Shown here: piece by piece, positions 1 through 12,655 of the stretch | How positions within the stretch are numbered: the first letter of the stretch is position 1 | How the letters are laid out: each line of letters begins with the position of its first letter | Source of the DNA: Octopus sinensis | Taxonomy: Eukaryota | Direction: 5' to 3' | Length of the DNA: 64,000 nucleotides | Assembly (NCBI RefSeq): GCF_006345805.1 | Contig: NC_043000.1 | Span: forward strand, 63,674,001-63,738,000 | Notes under the pieces: generated by a model | Told to the model about the DNA's origin: nothing | Database searches by the model: none | What the model saw: only the letters and a program-made list of their open reading frames with translations | Program-made: the position numbers and the translations under genes

Positions 1-470
1 CATAGGTGTGAAGATTTAATGCATGCTTTTATTTCTATCAAATCTTGTTCGTCTCGAAATGACTGGTAATATCTATCTGAAGTCTCCCGATAAAACTGCT
101 GTAACTCCTCCCATAAATTTATTGTTGTCTCTGATGTCCTGTAAGGTTTTACCAAAAGCTTTCATTGCACCTCTATGTGACATGGTGCATTTATCCCAAA
201 TGATAAGGTAGCATTGGCACAACACTTCTGGTGAACCTGAATCTTTGCCTATGTTACAAATTGGACTGTCGTTTGTGACCACGTTTAGTGGCAATTTAAA
301 AGCGGAATGAGCTGCTCGTCCTCCCGGGAGAATGGTGGCAACAAAGCCAGACAATGGAACAGTAACTGCAATTTTTTTATGTTACCTTACCTTGGAGAGA
401 AGCAATGTTACAAATGTTTTACCTGTACCAATAGGAGTATCAAGGAAGAAAATTTCTCTGCTTTTTTCTG
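1..470 (-). pseudogene. Helitron PIF1-family helicase fragment (degenerate)
   Basis: Minus-strand translation gives Walker A region IFFLDTPIGTGKTFVTLLL, then ATILPGGRAAHSAFKLPLN, LIIWDKCTM (IIWDE-like) and GGVTAVLSGDFR(*)ILPV, typical of Helitron PIF1 motifs. It has stops, runs off the window start and abuts a (CA)n tract. Confidence 0.85.
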
Positions 471-794
471 GCGATTGTGGAACGCCGCACGCACGCACGC
501 ACACATACACACACACAAACACAAATACATATACATACAGTATCAAACATCAGATAAAGTGGACGTGTGTGAGAGAGAGAGAGAGAGCGAGGGAAGGGGG
601 TGTTGTCATTTATACGTACATACATAAATGAATAGGCATACATCTTGTGTGTATGTGTGCGTGTGTGTGAGAGTGCCACTTAGACATCACTCTCTCTCTC
701 TCTCTCACATACACACGCACACACACTGAAAAAAGATGTATGCATATGTATTTATGTAAATAGGTATACATAATAACACACTCCTCCACTCACA

Positions 795-831
<37 letters not shown>

Positions 832-992
832 CACACACACATAAATGTATACAAACGTACATATAAAAACACACGTGTGTTTTTATATGTGTAGAACTGA
901 ACACGGCGTGCAAAAAGAACATTAAAACATTTTACGGAAATTAACGAAGTGTGCAAGTTGAGAACGAAATGAAACCTGGAGTGTGTGAGTGT

Positions 993-995
<3 letters not shown>

Positions 996-1063
<68 letters not shown>
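996..1063. repeat. (GA)n microsatellite
   Basis: Perfect GA dinucleotide run seen directly. Confidence 0.95.
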
Positions 1064-1066
<3 letters not shown>

Positions 1067-1494
1067 ATTGCAAACAATGAATGAGATAAACATGGATTGA
1101 AAAAATCGTACTCATAAAAGCACGTTAAAAATATCGAATATTTAAATTTGTGTCTTGTACCGAATATGTAAATTTGTGAACTTCGTAAATATTTCTTTCA
1201 GTAATTTATCATAGTTCTTTACAATAGCGAACATTAACATAAAGCCCGAGAGACTTCGCCGATTCTAGGTCAATACCGGAAGTTGATATTTAGAAACCTT
1301 TTCAAAGAAATGGATCATAACTATAAAGTAATATTTTATATTTTCAATATAAAAATCAAATGAAAACCCTATTATATGTCCGAGGTCAAATCATTTACGC
1401 ATCACAGTTAAGAAAGTTATTGGTGAAGCCGTTTTCACGTGAAAAGCGAATACACACACATCTCTATTTTATATTATTATTTTTTTATACATTG

Positions 1495-1615
1495 TATATA
1501 TATAGGTATATATATATATTATATATATATATATTATATATATAATATATATATATATAGATATATAGAATATATATATGTATGTATGTATCTATCTATG
1601 TACGTATGTATGTAT

Positions 1616-1646
<31 letters not shown>

Positions 1647-1798
1647 CAATACATATATAATATGTCTGTATAAATAATATATATATAATACTATGTATGT
1701 ACACAGATATATAAAATATTATACATGTTTATGTAATATATATATATATATATATAATATAGAGTATGTATGTATGTATGTATGTATAAATATATATA
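1495..1798. repeat. Compound (TA)n/(TATG)n microsatellite; left flank of the Gypsy insertion
   Basis: Seen directly; ends TATATA immediately before the LTR TG. Confidence 0.9.
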
Positions 1799-2214
1799 TG
1801 TAGTGATGCTACAGTGTAGGGTTCGGCGCGCATGCGCAGAATGGGACTACTTCCGGGTGGCCACCGGAAGTCTTCCCCATGCGCATGTGCGGGAAAACAT
1901 CTCTCGAGCCCGCGAACCTCAAATCTCTCTCTTCGGCTCAAGACAGCACTGCGATCGGTCACGGTTTTCCTGGCTCTGACAGCCACACACCAGCTTCAAC
2001 CAACTTCAACCAACCTCAACGACCAACACCAGCAGTATATCAGAGGCTGTCCATTCCCCCCAGACAACGTACAACCATGAATCAATAAACCAAGTTGTCT
2101 GTTCACCTTTAACCTGAGTTTCGTCTGTTTGTTTTCTACAAGAATTTTTGTATGTGACTAGAAAGGATCTCGACACCCTGCCAGTGCTTCGATGATAGAT
2201 CCTTTCACGTTACA
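1799..2214 (+). repeat. 5' LTR (416 bp)
   Basis: Starts TGTAGTGATG, ends CACGTTACA; direct repeat of 6407-6820; AATAAA at 2084-2089. Confidence 0.97.
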
Positions 2215-2216
2215 AT

Positions 2217-2226
2217 TGGTGACCCC
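2217..2226 (+). promoter_or_regulatory. Primer binding site, tRNA-Trp type
   Basis: TGGTGACCCC two bases after the LTR; matches the first 10 nt of the known tRNA-Trp PBS (TGGTGACCCCGACGTGA), then diverges. Confidence 0.8.
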
Positions 2227-2594
2227 TAGTTGAGAAAAGAACAGGATAGAAAAGACACAGCGAACAGGTTTTTTTTTGGGGCCGAAGAGCGCGGAAATTC
2301 ACATTTATTTTCCTATTTTCTCCTTTTCAGCACGGCGAGGTGGGTCAAATAGCCTTATTCATCGCACACAGTACAAAAAAAAAAAAACAAAGAAAAAAGA
2401 AAACACACACACATTCATTTTTTTTTTCCTTTTCTGTATTTTGTTTTCCTTGTACACACCTATTCCTTTTTTTGCTACCCACGAGGTGCACACACAAACA
2501 CAATTTTGAATTGCCTTCTCGGTTCCACGTGTTCTCTCTCCACTTCTAGACCATACCTTCTGCCCCCTTCTCACAGATTCCTTCCGACAAAGGC

Positions 2595-3079
2595 ATGGCT
2601 TCAGGTTTGCCTTCATTTACGGGGGATATGGGCCTGTGGTTTGCCCAAGTGGAGTGGTATTTTGATGCACATGCCATTTCTCCACAGCAGCAGTTGCACC
2701 TGCTATATTCCGGCTTACATCCCCGACTCGCCGCATCGATCAGGGATCTAATAATAAGTCCCCACCCGGATGCCACATACGCGTCTGTGAAAGCAGAAAT
2801 CCTCCGCCGCAACACACGTTCGGGGGGAGAGCAATATTCAGATTGCCACGATGGCCGATGGAATACTGGAATTTCCGAATCCATCTCCATCGCGAGGCCT
2901 CTGTGCATGTATAGGGGGCCCTGCGCGCAAATTTCACTAGCCGAGCGGATTGATGCGCTCACGCGGCGAATCGACGATCTATCCCGTGCGATCGAGCGCC
3001 GACAACGCAGTCGTAGTCGCTCTACCAAAAGGGCAGATCGGGTACCCAGCCGTGCACTTTCAAGCCCTCGGAAAACTAA
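2595..3079 (+). CDS. gag: gag-like ORF of the Gypsy element (short, apparently frameshifted or internally deleted)
   Basis: LPSF..D..LWFAQVEWYF..H.I N-terminus is typical of this Gypsy gag group. IATMADGILE appears in another frame, followed by RSRSRS and QPCTFKPSEN* ending at TAA 3077-3079. The end coordinate is inferred. Confidence 0.65.
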
Positions 3080-3119
3080 ATCCGGAGGAGGTGAGCACGT
3101 CACCTTCTTCCATCTCGTT

Positions 3120-6060
3120 CCCAAACATCGTGCATTCTATGTAAAAGATCTGGTGTCGAAGACATTCTTCATGGTAGACCGGCTCCTGTTGCAGCATCTG
3201 GCCCCTTCGTCTGGCTGCAGACAAGCCGAAGCGCTCTTCGATTGTCTTGCATGCTATTGACTCGTCTCCCATAACCACTTACGGTCAGATTTCGCTGCGC
3301 CTCAACCTCAACCTTCGTCGAGACTTTCGATGGGTTTTCGTCATCGCTGACATCCCACATCCTATTCTCGGCGCTGATTTCCTGGATAGGTTTAACCTAT
3401 GGTGGATGTCAGGCGTCGGAGGCTCTTGATAGCACGACGTCGCTCTCTACACCGACTGGGAGTTCCACCACTGCGGTCCTTAGCCCGACATTCTTTGTTG
3501 CCACCTCTGGAGACCCTTTTCACTCTCTTTTGGTTTCATTTCCGGAGCTAGTGGACATTGCCTTTAAACCGGAAAATCCCACCCACTCGACCCTCCATTT
3601 CATCACCACCAATGGGCCACCGGTATTCTCACGCCCCGGCGCCTAGCGCCAGACCGACTTAAAACGGCCAGAGCCGAGTTTGAGCACATGCTTCAACTTG
3701 GCATTATACGCCCTCCACCAGCCCATGGGCATCCCCCTTCATTTGGCGCGAAAGGGCGAGTCTGATTTTCGCCCGGTTGGAGACTATCGACGCCTCAATG
3801 CCGTCACAATAGCCGATCGCTATCCGATTAGAAATCTCCGGGACTTTACAGCAAATCTCCATGGTTGTACCATTTTTTCGAAGGTCGATCTGATACGCGC
3901 TTACCACCAAATACCGGTCACCCCAGCCGACGTTCCAAAAACTGCAATCACTACCCCCGTTGGGTGTTTTGAGTTTTTGTACATGAGTTTCGGTTTGCGG
4001 AATGCTACTAGCACCTTCCAGCGTTTCATTGATGAGGTTGTCCGCGGTCTTGATTTTGTGTTTGCCTATGTCGATGACATACTCATTGCGAGCGACACAC
4101 GAGAAAATCATCTCCGGCACCTTTCTCAACTCTTCCAGCGTCTTCGCGCGTATAGCATACGCATAAACCCCGACAAGTGTGTTTTCGGACGCTCTTCCCT
4201 AGATTTTCTAGGGCATCATATTGATTCGACTGGAATCAGCCCCCTCTCGTCAAAAGTCGATGCCATTCAACGCATCGCACCCCCCACTTCCTTGCGCCAG
4301 CTCAGGCATTATCTAGGGATGGTCAATTTCTACCGACGCTTCATTCCCGGTTGTGCAGATAAGCTGCTACCTCTCACCAGGCTGTTAAAGGACTCTCCTA
4401 GAAAGGACAGTCAAGTCACCCTCTCTGTTGAGGCAGTGACAGCCTTTGAGTCCATTAAGAAGGAGCTGGCTTCTGTTTCTTTGCTTGCACATCCAGTTCC
4501 TGGTGCTTCTCTCTCTTTGACTGTGGACGCATCGGACACTGCCATTGGCGCTGTGTTACAACACACAGTGGATGACCGTGTTCGACCTCTAGCCTTCTTT
4601 TCCCGTCAACTGCAACCAGCTGAACGACGATACAGCACCTTTGATCGTGAGCTCCTAGCGATCTACCTATCGGTTCGTCATTTCCAGCATCAACTTGAAG
4701 GGCGAGATTTTGTGATCTATACGGATCACAAGCCCCTTACGTTTGCCCTGTTTTCAAAAACGGACAAACTCTCACCCCGTGCTTTTCGGCACCTGGATTT
4801 TATCTCTCAATTTACTAGCAACATTCGACACATACCTGGAAAAGAGAACGTTCCTGCTGACGCTCTCTCTCGCCTTCCAGTTTGCGCCCTTTCGTCTCCT
4901 GCTGCTATCGACTTAGCTGCCATATCGCAGGAGCAGCCACCTTTGGCGTCGTTAGATTTAACTTCTCCCAAGTTCTCCTGTTGCCAGTTTTCCTACCTTC
5001 CGCTTCCGTCAGCCGAAGGCACCATTCTTTGTGACACTTCAACTGGATCTCCCAGGCCACTGGTGCCTGAGACCCATCAACGCTCAGTGTTTGAAGCACT
5101 GCACTCCTTATCACATCCTGGCATCGCTGCCACCCTCAAACTAATCACTGCTCGGTTTTTCTGGCCGAATATGCGTCGCACAATACTTGTTGGACACGCA
5201 CCTGCTCCAAGTGTCAACGATCCAAGATTCAACGGCACGTTCGTGCCCCGCTTGGACAATTCCCCCCACGGAGGCCCGTTTTCGCCATGTCCACATCGAT
5301 CTGGTTGGACCATGGCCTGTGAGTCGCGGGTTCTCTTATCTATTAACTTGTGTCGATCGTTTCTCCGCTGGCCAGAAGCCATTCCGATAGCAGACATTTC
5401 TGCTGAGACTGTTGCGCGAGCTTTCGTTTCAAACTGGATTTCTCGCTTCGGAGTCCCGTCCCGATTGACAACTGATCGTGGACGACAGTTTGAGGCCTCG
5501 CTATTTCGCGAATTGTCGCGAATTTGGGTATGCACCATATCCACACCACAAGCTACCATCCAGCGTCTAATGGATTGGTTGAGCGGTTCCATAGACAGCT
5601 CAAGGCCGCTCTTCGTGCCTCTTCGGACCCACAGTCCTGGATCGAATTTCTGCCCATTGTGCTTCTCGCCTGTCGGACTGCTGTCAAGGCAGACCTGGGG
5701 TTTTCTGCTGCAGAGCTGCTGTATGGTACCACACTGGCATTGCCCGGTACGATGTTGGTGCCAGACACTTCCCCGCCCCATGATCCGGCGACCTATGTCA
5801 CCAGACTGCGGGAATATTTTTCAAACCTTCCGCCCATGCTTCCCAGAAAGCAATCTCCACCGTCCCATCTTCCACCGGATATGAACACCTGGTCGCATGT
5901 TTTGTTCGGGACGATTCTGTGAAGGGCCCACTTGTTTCTCCCTATAAAGGACCTTTTCGTGTGTTCTCGCACACCAAAGGTTTTCACGATTGAGATAAAT
6001 GGTCGTTCGGAGACCGTTTCCGTGGACCGTTTAAAAAGGACATTTTGAGACGTCTTCATC
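3120..6060 (+). pseudogene. pol: pol polyprotein (protease, RT, RNase H, integrase) split by several 1-2 bp indels
   Basis: FYVKD...FMVD(T)GS protease site broken by a 1-bp loss at about 3179, ILGADFL, RT GDYRRLN..RYPI and YVDD (4067-4078), RNase H DASD/ELLA/YTDHKPL, integrase H..SHPGI, HIDLVGP, TTDRGRQF, NGLVERFHRQLK and a GPF motif at the C-terminus. Confidence 0.95.
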
Positions 6061-6102
6061 TTTTGATGACAACCTTGACACACCCACCTATGCACCTTTA
6101 AC

Positions 6103-6168
6103 AACGCCTTCACCTGCACAAACGCCTTCACCTGCACAAACGCCTTCACCTGCACAATCACCTTCACC
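6103..6168 (+). repeat. 18-bp tandem minisatellite (AACGCCTTCACCTGCACA x about 3.5) in the Gypsy 3' region
   Basis: Seen directly; would encode TPSPAQ repeats after the integrase. Confidence 0.85.
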
Positions 6169-6394
6169 GGCTCCTACAACACCACCCTCGCCGTCAACGG
6201 GTGCCCCGAGCACACCGTATGTTACAAAATCGGGCAGAACAGTGCATTGGCCCAAGAAACTTTCAAAAACAATTTACATTTAACTTTAAAATGTTTCTTA
6301 TGTATAATAGTATGTACCAAGTCTTCTGGGGGATCGGCAAGCCTTCTGTTTCTGCAGCACCACCACAATATTCTGGTTGCCGTACTTCGCACTC

Positions 6395-6403
6395 GGAGGG
6401 GAG
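6395..6403 (+). promoter_or_regulatory. Polypurine tract
   Basis: GGAGGGGAG then CCC immediately before the 3' LTR. Confidence 0.8.
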
Positions 6404-6406
6404 CCC

Positions 6407-6820
6407 TGTAGTGATGCTACAGTGTAGGGTTCGGCGCGCATGCGCAGAATGGGACTACTTCCGGGTGGCCACCGGAAGTCTTCCCCATGCGCATGTGAGG
6501 GGAAAACATCTCTCGAGCCCGCGAACCTCAAATCTCTCTCTTCGGCTCAAGACAGCACTGCGATCGGTCACGGTTTTCCTGGCTCTGACAGCCACACACC
6601 AGCTTCAACCAACTTCAACCAACCTCAACGACCAACACCAGCAGTATATCAGAGGCTCCATTCCCCCATCAGAAACGTACAACCATGAATCAATAAACCA
6701 AGTTGTCTGTTCACCTTTACCTGAGTTTCGTCTGTTGTTTTCTACAAGAATTTTTGTATGTGACTAGAAAGGATCTCGACACCCTGCCAGTGCTTCGATG
6801 ATAGATCCTTTCACGTTACA
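6407..6820 (+). repeat. 3' LTR (414 bp)
   Basis: Direct repeat of 1799-2214; by eye it differs by about 6 small indels and 1 substitution. Confidence 0.97.
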
Positions 6821-8058
6821 TATATATGTACACAGAGATATATATAAATATATATACGCACACACATGATACCGTTTGTATAACCTGTCCGTTGTTCAGC
6901 GCATACACCCAACAAATATAGGATGCGAAATGTCTCTTCCTCCCTCTCCCTCTCCCTCTCTCTTCTCAGACACACGCGCGCATACACACACACACGCACA
7001 TACACACACACACATACATTATCTTTTCCCTTACATCTTGCCATTCATGACGTCATAATGTAAATACTCAATACCTACATCGACGTGCCGAACGTTCACA
7101 TTGAATAATATAACGAAGTAAGAAAGGAAACATCAAAAGAATATAACTAAATATGCTCAAGTAATGCTCATTGCTATTGTTCTTTAAAGTCACCCCTGAT
7201 GGAGGAGACTATATACAGGCTCGTACACCAACTTACGAATGCATGTAGGCTATATATAATATTACTTTTCTAATCAGTAAGTTGAGATCAAAGAAATCAC
7301 CGACAAACCATTTCCTTTTTTTTTTGCTCTTTTTTCATCGATAAAGACCTAATATATGAAAGAAGATCAGAAGACGGAAATATCAACACACTCATATGAA
7401 CAGACATATACAAACTGTCGGATAGTTATGCAAATATTATCAAACACAGACAGAGTTGTGCACGGACTGCCACATTAATATACATGATTTTAAAAATATA
7501 CTTCAATAACATTTCATCCCTTTTATACACAGAGATACATGTCATACACAAACATTTAGTATATTATTTTTGTATTATGCATATACTGGACTCCTTAATA
7601 CAATCTATCAATTCAATATATTATTATTTATATCTGTGAATGGATATTTCAGCAGGTTCACAACGATAGTGACCGAAACAATGATTTCATATGAGACAGT
7701 CTTTACATGTATGTATGTATGTACTTATGTATGTTCGTATGTACGCACGTACCCATGTACGTACGCATGCACGTACGCATGTACATACATACATACATAC
7801 ATACATACATACATACATACATACATACATACATACATACATACGGACATACGTACATACGTAAGTATGTACACATGTATACCCGCGCGATCGGAAACGA
7901 CCACTCGGCAGGCCTCCACGACGGTGGAGATACGATTTCAGGAGGGCGATTGGGGTCACGTGGATGAGAAAGGCGCGATCTAGAGAGGAGTGGACAGCAT
8001 GCTGTGACCAGCGGTGTCAAATGGACGCCCTACGGACTGGTCAGTCAAGGTGATCAAG

Positions 8059-8093
<35 letters not shown>

Positions 8094-8204
8094 TGTTATT
8101 CTTTTATTTGTTTGTCATTTGGCTGCGACCATGCTATAGCACGGCCTTTAGGCGAACAAATCGACTCCAGGACTTGTTTGTAAGCCTAATACTTATTCTA
8201 TCGG

Positions 8205-9525
8205 TATTCGATCCAAATTGATCAGTGCCCCACCAATGCCAGGTTCCTTAACTGCCTTATCTATGGTGGAGCGCATGAGGTGGACGTTGTCATGGATGCT
8301 CTGGCCTGGCACGACGCACGTTTGTGCCTTTTTATCCAGTTTCTCGATGGCAAGCGCCAACCTCTTGGCTAACACCATGGCCAAAATTTTAAAATCTGCA
8401 TTGAGCAGAGTGATGGGCCTAAAGTTATCTTTTAGGTCCCCCCCCCCTTGTTTGGATCTTTCTTCAGCAGCGTTACGGCTCCTCGGCTCACAAAACCTGG
8501 GATGCTCCCTTTTTGCTGACAGTTGCAATACACTGCTGCCAAGACGCCTCCAAACAAGTCTGGCATCCAATTGTAAAGCTCGTAGGGGAGACCATCCAAA
8601 CCCGGCGATTTGTCCCTCGTGCACTCTGTCATCGCGTCCTTCACATCAGCGGCTGTGATGGCACCTTCGCAACTCTCTGCCTCTCTTGCTGAGAGTCGTA
8701 GCAGGCTATGCAGGTAGGCACTGAAGTTCACCATGCGTTCCCGTTCGCCTCTCGTCCCTAAAAGTCGGACAAAATGCTGCTGAAAGGCTTCACTCATTTT
8801 ATTAGGCTCGAGTAATTCGCGCCCCTGTTCATCCATCAGAGACTGAATGGTGGCTTTGTTGCCCTGTTGCGTCTCCGACACCCGGGCCTCTCGCGCGGCT
8901 TCAACACCTTCGTTCCTTAGAGCACGCATCCTAGCCCTGACAACACATCCTTCGTGTTTAGCGTTGAAGTGTTAGTGGAGGGCCAACCTCGCCGCCAAAC
9001 GTCGAATGCGATGCCACTTCTAATTGCCTCTTTTAGCTTCTTAACTAGGTCACACTTTATTTTGTTTCTGTCCATCGCTAGCGCTTTGCTATACCTAATC
9101 GCTTCGGCTTTTATTGCTCTTTTGAGGGTAAACCACCATTTGTTGTTGATGATTAGCGTGCTAATCCGGTCTCTGAGAACGTGTCTTGACGGGAAAGTCG
9201 CATTCAGTTTCCAGTAACCGGATGCGCCTTATCTAAGACTAGCGTACATGTCACGAGTTTATGATCCGTGTAGCTGACTATATGGAATTGTGAACACCCC
9301 ACGCTATCTCTATCTACTGTTCTACACAGTATCCTATCTAGATACGATCTCGATGACCCAATGCGGTTGCTCCATGTCCATGTTGGCGCATTCGGGTGAT
9401 CGAGTCGGTACATGTCAGACAGTTGAAAGCGTCTAGCAGGTCTCTAATGCATTTGCATCCCCGTCTATTCCTATCTCTGCCCACACAGTCTAGATGCGTG
9501 TCCATGGCAGCATGCCAATCCCCAC
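8205..9525 (-). pseudogene. L1/Tx1-clade LINE ORF2 fragment (APE endonuclease end, linker, RT domains 0-3)
   Basis: GDW(H/N), TWTWSN...SYLDRILC, SYTDHKLV, GYWKLN, DKSPGLDGLPYELY, NFRPITLLNADFKILA and GALINLD. Frameshifted and truncated at both ends. Confidence 0.9.
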
Positions 9526-9529
9526 AGAC

Positions 9530-9594
9530 AGACATACAGACAGACAGATAGACAGACTGACAGAAAAACAGACAGACAGACAGACATATAGATT

Positions 9595-9674
<80 letters not shown>

Positions 9675-9702
9675 TACATACATACATATATATATAATGA
9701 CA

Positions 9703-9736
<34 letters not shown>

Positions 9737-9737
9737 T

Positions 9738-9810
<73 letters not shown>
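9530..9810. repeat. Compound (CAGA)/(TAGA)/(CT)/(TA)/(GA) microsatellite block
   Basis: Seen directly. Confidence 0.95.
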
Positions 9811-9811
<1 letters not shown>

Positions 9812-9817
<6 letters not shown>

Positions 9818-10066
9818 CCGCACGGCTTAGTTGTTTGCGTATTCAGCTCAGGGTGGTAAGGTCAGGAATTCGATTCCGGCGACGTGTTGAGTCCTTGAGC
9901 AAGACACCTCATTTCACGTTGCTCCAGTCCACTCACCTTGCAAAAATGAGTTGTACCTGTAATCTCAAGGGCCAGCCTTGTCATACTCTTTGTCATGCTC
10001 AGTCTCCCTCAGAACTACGTTTAGAGTACACGTGTTTGTGAAGCGGTCACCCACTTGCACATTAAT
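9812..10066 (+). mobile_element. tRNA-derived SINE, family D (CCTTGAGCAAGACAC core)
   Basis: B-box-like TTCGATTCC head; shares its body with copies at about 39005-39325 and 43695-43990. Confidence 0.75.
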
Positions 10067-10072
10067 TATGTA

Positions 10073-10156
<84 letters not shown>

Positions 10157-10499
10157 ATATATATATATGCATATATACATATCATACATACATGTACATA
10201 CTTGCATTTATGTGTATATACACATGCATATATGGGTACAGTACGTCAAAAAACGTACACAACATGGAAAACGGGAACATGAAAATTTTCATCCACTAAA
10301 GAAGCCTTGAATAACTAAATCCTACACTTAAAACATTATTTAAAGACTACCCTAATTTTAGTTGATCAAGCCTTAAAACAATACAGGAACTAATTCACCC
10401 ACACGATACAGATGCAGCGCCCATTGGAACTGCACAGACCACACATATTATATACTATAAGAACCAGATACCCAAGTTATAAATGAACGAATATAGTAA

Positions 10500-10910
10500 A
10501 ATCGCATAAAACAGAAGACATGTAACACACTTAACCATAGACTCACAATAGCACTAGACGGAAAAGCCTTATTAACACGAAACCACCAACAAGCAAGACA
10601 CTAAATGTACTTCAGATAAACAACGTAATGTACAAATTTCAAAGTGAACAGGGAAATTGTAAACTTCCTGATTCAAACTGTTACAACGGACACACAAGCA
10701 CAGCAGTTTCTTATCGACTGACTATGCATTTACAACAAGAAACCATCGTAACTTATATAAGGCAGTACACGAAATAAAATTGGATAAAAGAATATTATTT
10801 TGACATTAACTTCACAAGTTTACAAGAAATTATAATTCTATACTGAGAAGAATAATTGTAAATCCTTTACCGATAGCAAAATGCAAACCTGAATTAAACA
10901 CAGAGCTACA
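10500..10910 (+). pseudogene. Penelope-like element GIY-YIG endonuclease relic
   Basis: NVMYKFQ...GNC......YNGHTSTAVSYRLTMHLQQ (VIY/YIG-T pattern) and later LPIAKCKPELN (EALLI..KP.LN-like); many stops. Confidence 0.6.
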
Positions 10911-11227
10911 TTACACATAAACGGTATATCATTATCATGAAATACACCACGATATACTGTTATATAATTTTAAATTCAGTGTTGATGATTCTATCAGTTA
11001 TAAAATTATTCCTAGAAAGTATTGCTGCATGATTTTAAATCCCCTGTTTATATATATATATATTTATATATATGTGTGTGTATGTTGGCCTGCTCGCTTA
11101 GCCAGCGGGGTGGCGTCATTTGAAGGCTAAAACAATGCGAAGCGCATTGTGACCAGCGATGTGTAAAAACATCTGATAGCCTGGTCGGTCACGTGATCAC
11201 GTGATATATGTATGTATGTATGTGTCC

Positions 11228-11268
<41 letters not shown>

Positions 11269-11603
11269 TATATATATATATATACTACATACATACATAC
11301 ATACATAAATATATATATATATATATTATATATATTATATACATACACACACACATACATATACAATATAAACTCACATACGATCAGACACACACAAATA
11401 CATATATGCGTATATACATACATACATACATACATAACATACATACATACATACTACATACATACGTACATACGTACATACACTCACACACACACACACA
11501 CATACATACTGATATAAGCTTATAGATGCATAGACATGTACATCAGAAACACACACGCGCGCACGCACACGCACACACACACACACACACACACGCGCAC
11601 ACA

Positions 11604-11645
<42 letters not shown>

Positions 11646-12534
11646 ACACACACAAATTCGGCTCATTAAATTAAAATTTGCACGGCAATATTTTATTCTA
11701 ATCTTTAGCATGTCTGGAAGATATTCTCAGATTGTATTAAGCCGACTACATGGAATGCTATATATTGGTATCAGTTTTATTTCAGAACCAGCTTACTACA
11801 TTATCAACATAGTACATTCTCAAGCTGACGACAACTGACTGGTAGCAGTTAGCATCTTTCCTGCCAGTGGGTGCAAGCAAATAATCTTGGTTTTATTATT
11901 TCTGCGTAATTATAGTGAAAATAATTCGGTTATTTTCGGCTTATGGCTGTGAATTTAGCAAGTAAGTAAAAATATGTGTACAAGATGTATTTGTAGATCC
12001 AATAGGATATGTTTCAATGTGAAATATCAAACAATGCGTTATAATATTGATTTCTTACGTTGATAGAATGCTTCATTTTTATTTTTTGTGACATTCATAC
12101 CTTTCTCAAGGGCATTAGCAACATTAGAGGAATAGAGGAGTGAAGAAATGAACTGACTACAATCTGATATTGGAAAACGAGTCGTAGATTCAGCTAAACT
12201 TAGAGCTTATATTTATTCTGTCTGCTAGTTACATGCGTACCTGTGTTGCAGCGCGATGGTAAAGCTCCTGGGAATCACGGTTTGCGATGAACCATTTCGT
12301 TCACGTTTAACTAGTTCGTGTCACTCGCTTCTCCTCGTACAAGCTAACAAGGGAACCTCAGTGCAGCTGTCCCACCGGCTAGAGGTAGCAGTCACTTCTT
12401 CAAATCACATCCTTCCTTCTTAAATAAAGTTCTATATATTTGCTCCAGTTTTATATTTAAGAGATGAGGAAATATGTACATTATTTACATTATTTACATT
12501 CGACGGATATTTGTCTTCATCTTGTTTGTTGTTA

Positions 12535-12578
12535 ACACAACGTTTCGGCTGATATACTCTCCAGCCTTCTTCAGGTGT
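12535..12578 (-). ncRNA. Minimal type I hammerhead ribozyme (Penelope-type)
   Basis: ACAC-CUGAAGA-A-GGCUG(GAGAGUAUAU)CAGCC-GAAAC-GUU-GUGU. Stems I and II pair, AACGUU palindrome replaces stem III, one extra A after A9. Confidence 0.75.
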
Positions 12579-12589
12579 CCACTGACATA

Positions 12590-12655
12590 TGGCGTTGTGG
12601 TTAAGAGCGCGAGCTACTAACCCCAAGATCCCGAGTTCGATTCCAAGCAATGACC
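12590..12655 (+). mobile_element. tRNA-like SINE head (Pol III A and B boxes)
   Basis: TGGCGTTGTGG (A-box-like) and GAGTTCGATTCC (B box); no complete cloverleaf verified. Confidence 0.65.

Larger units (their letters stand above)
1799..6820 (+). mobile_element. Ty3/Gypsy LTR retrotransposon, near full length (about 5.0 kb)
   Basis: Two about 415-bp LTRs (TGTA...TACA), PBS, PPT and domain order gag-PR-RT-RNaseH-IN. TATATA on both sides (1793-1798, 6821-6826) is compatible with a 4-6 bp TSD, but the length is ambiguous inside a TA repeat. Confidence 0.97.

Noticed and set aside
1770-2088. ORFs inside the LTRs (also 6201-6767, 6440-6688)
   Set aside because: Short frames in LTR sequence with no recognisable domain and disrupted differently in the two LTRs; no env-like features.
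2546-5781. Antisense ORFs over gag/pol (2546-3124, 3704-4129, 5077-5781)
   Set aside because: Expected shadow frames of a GC-richer coding region.
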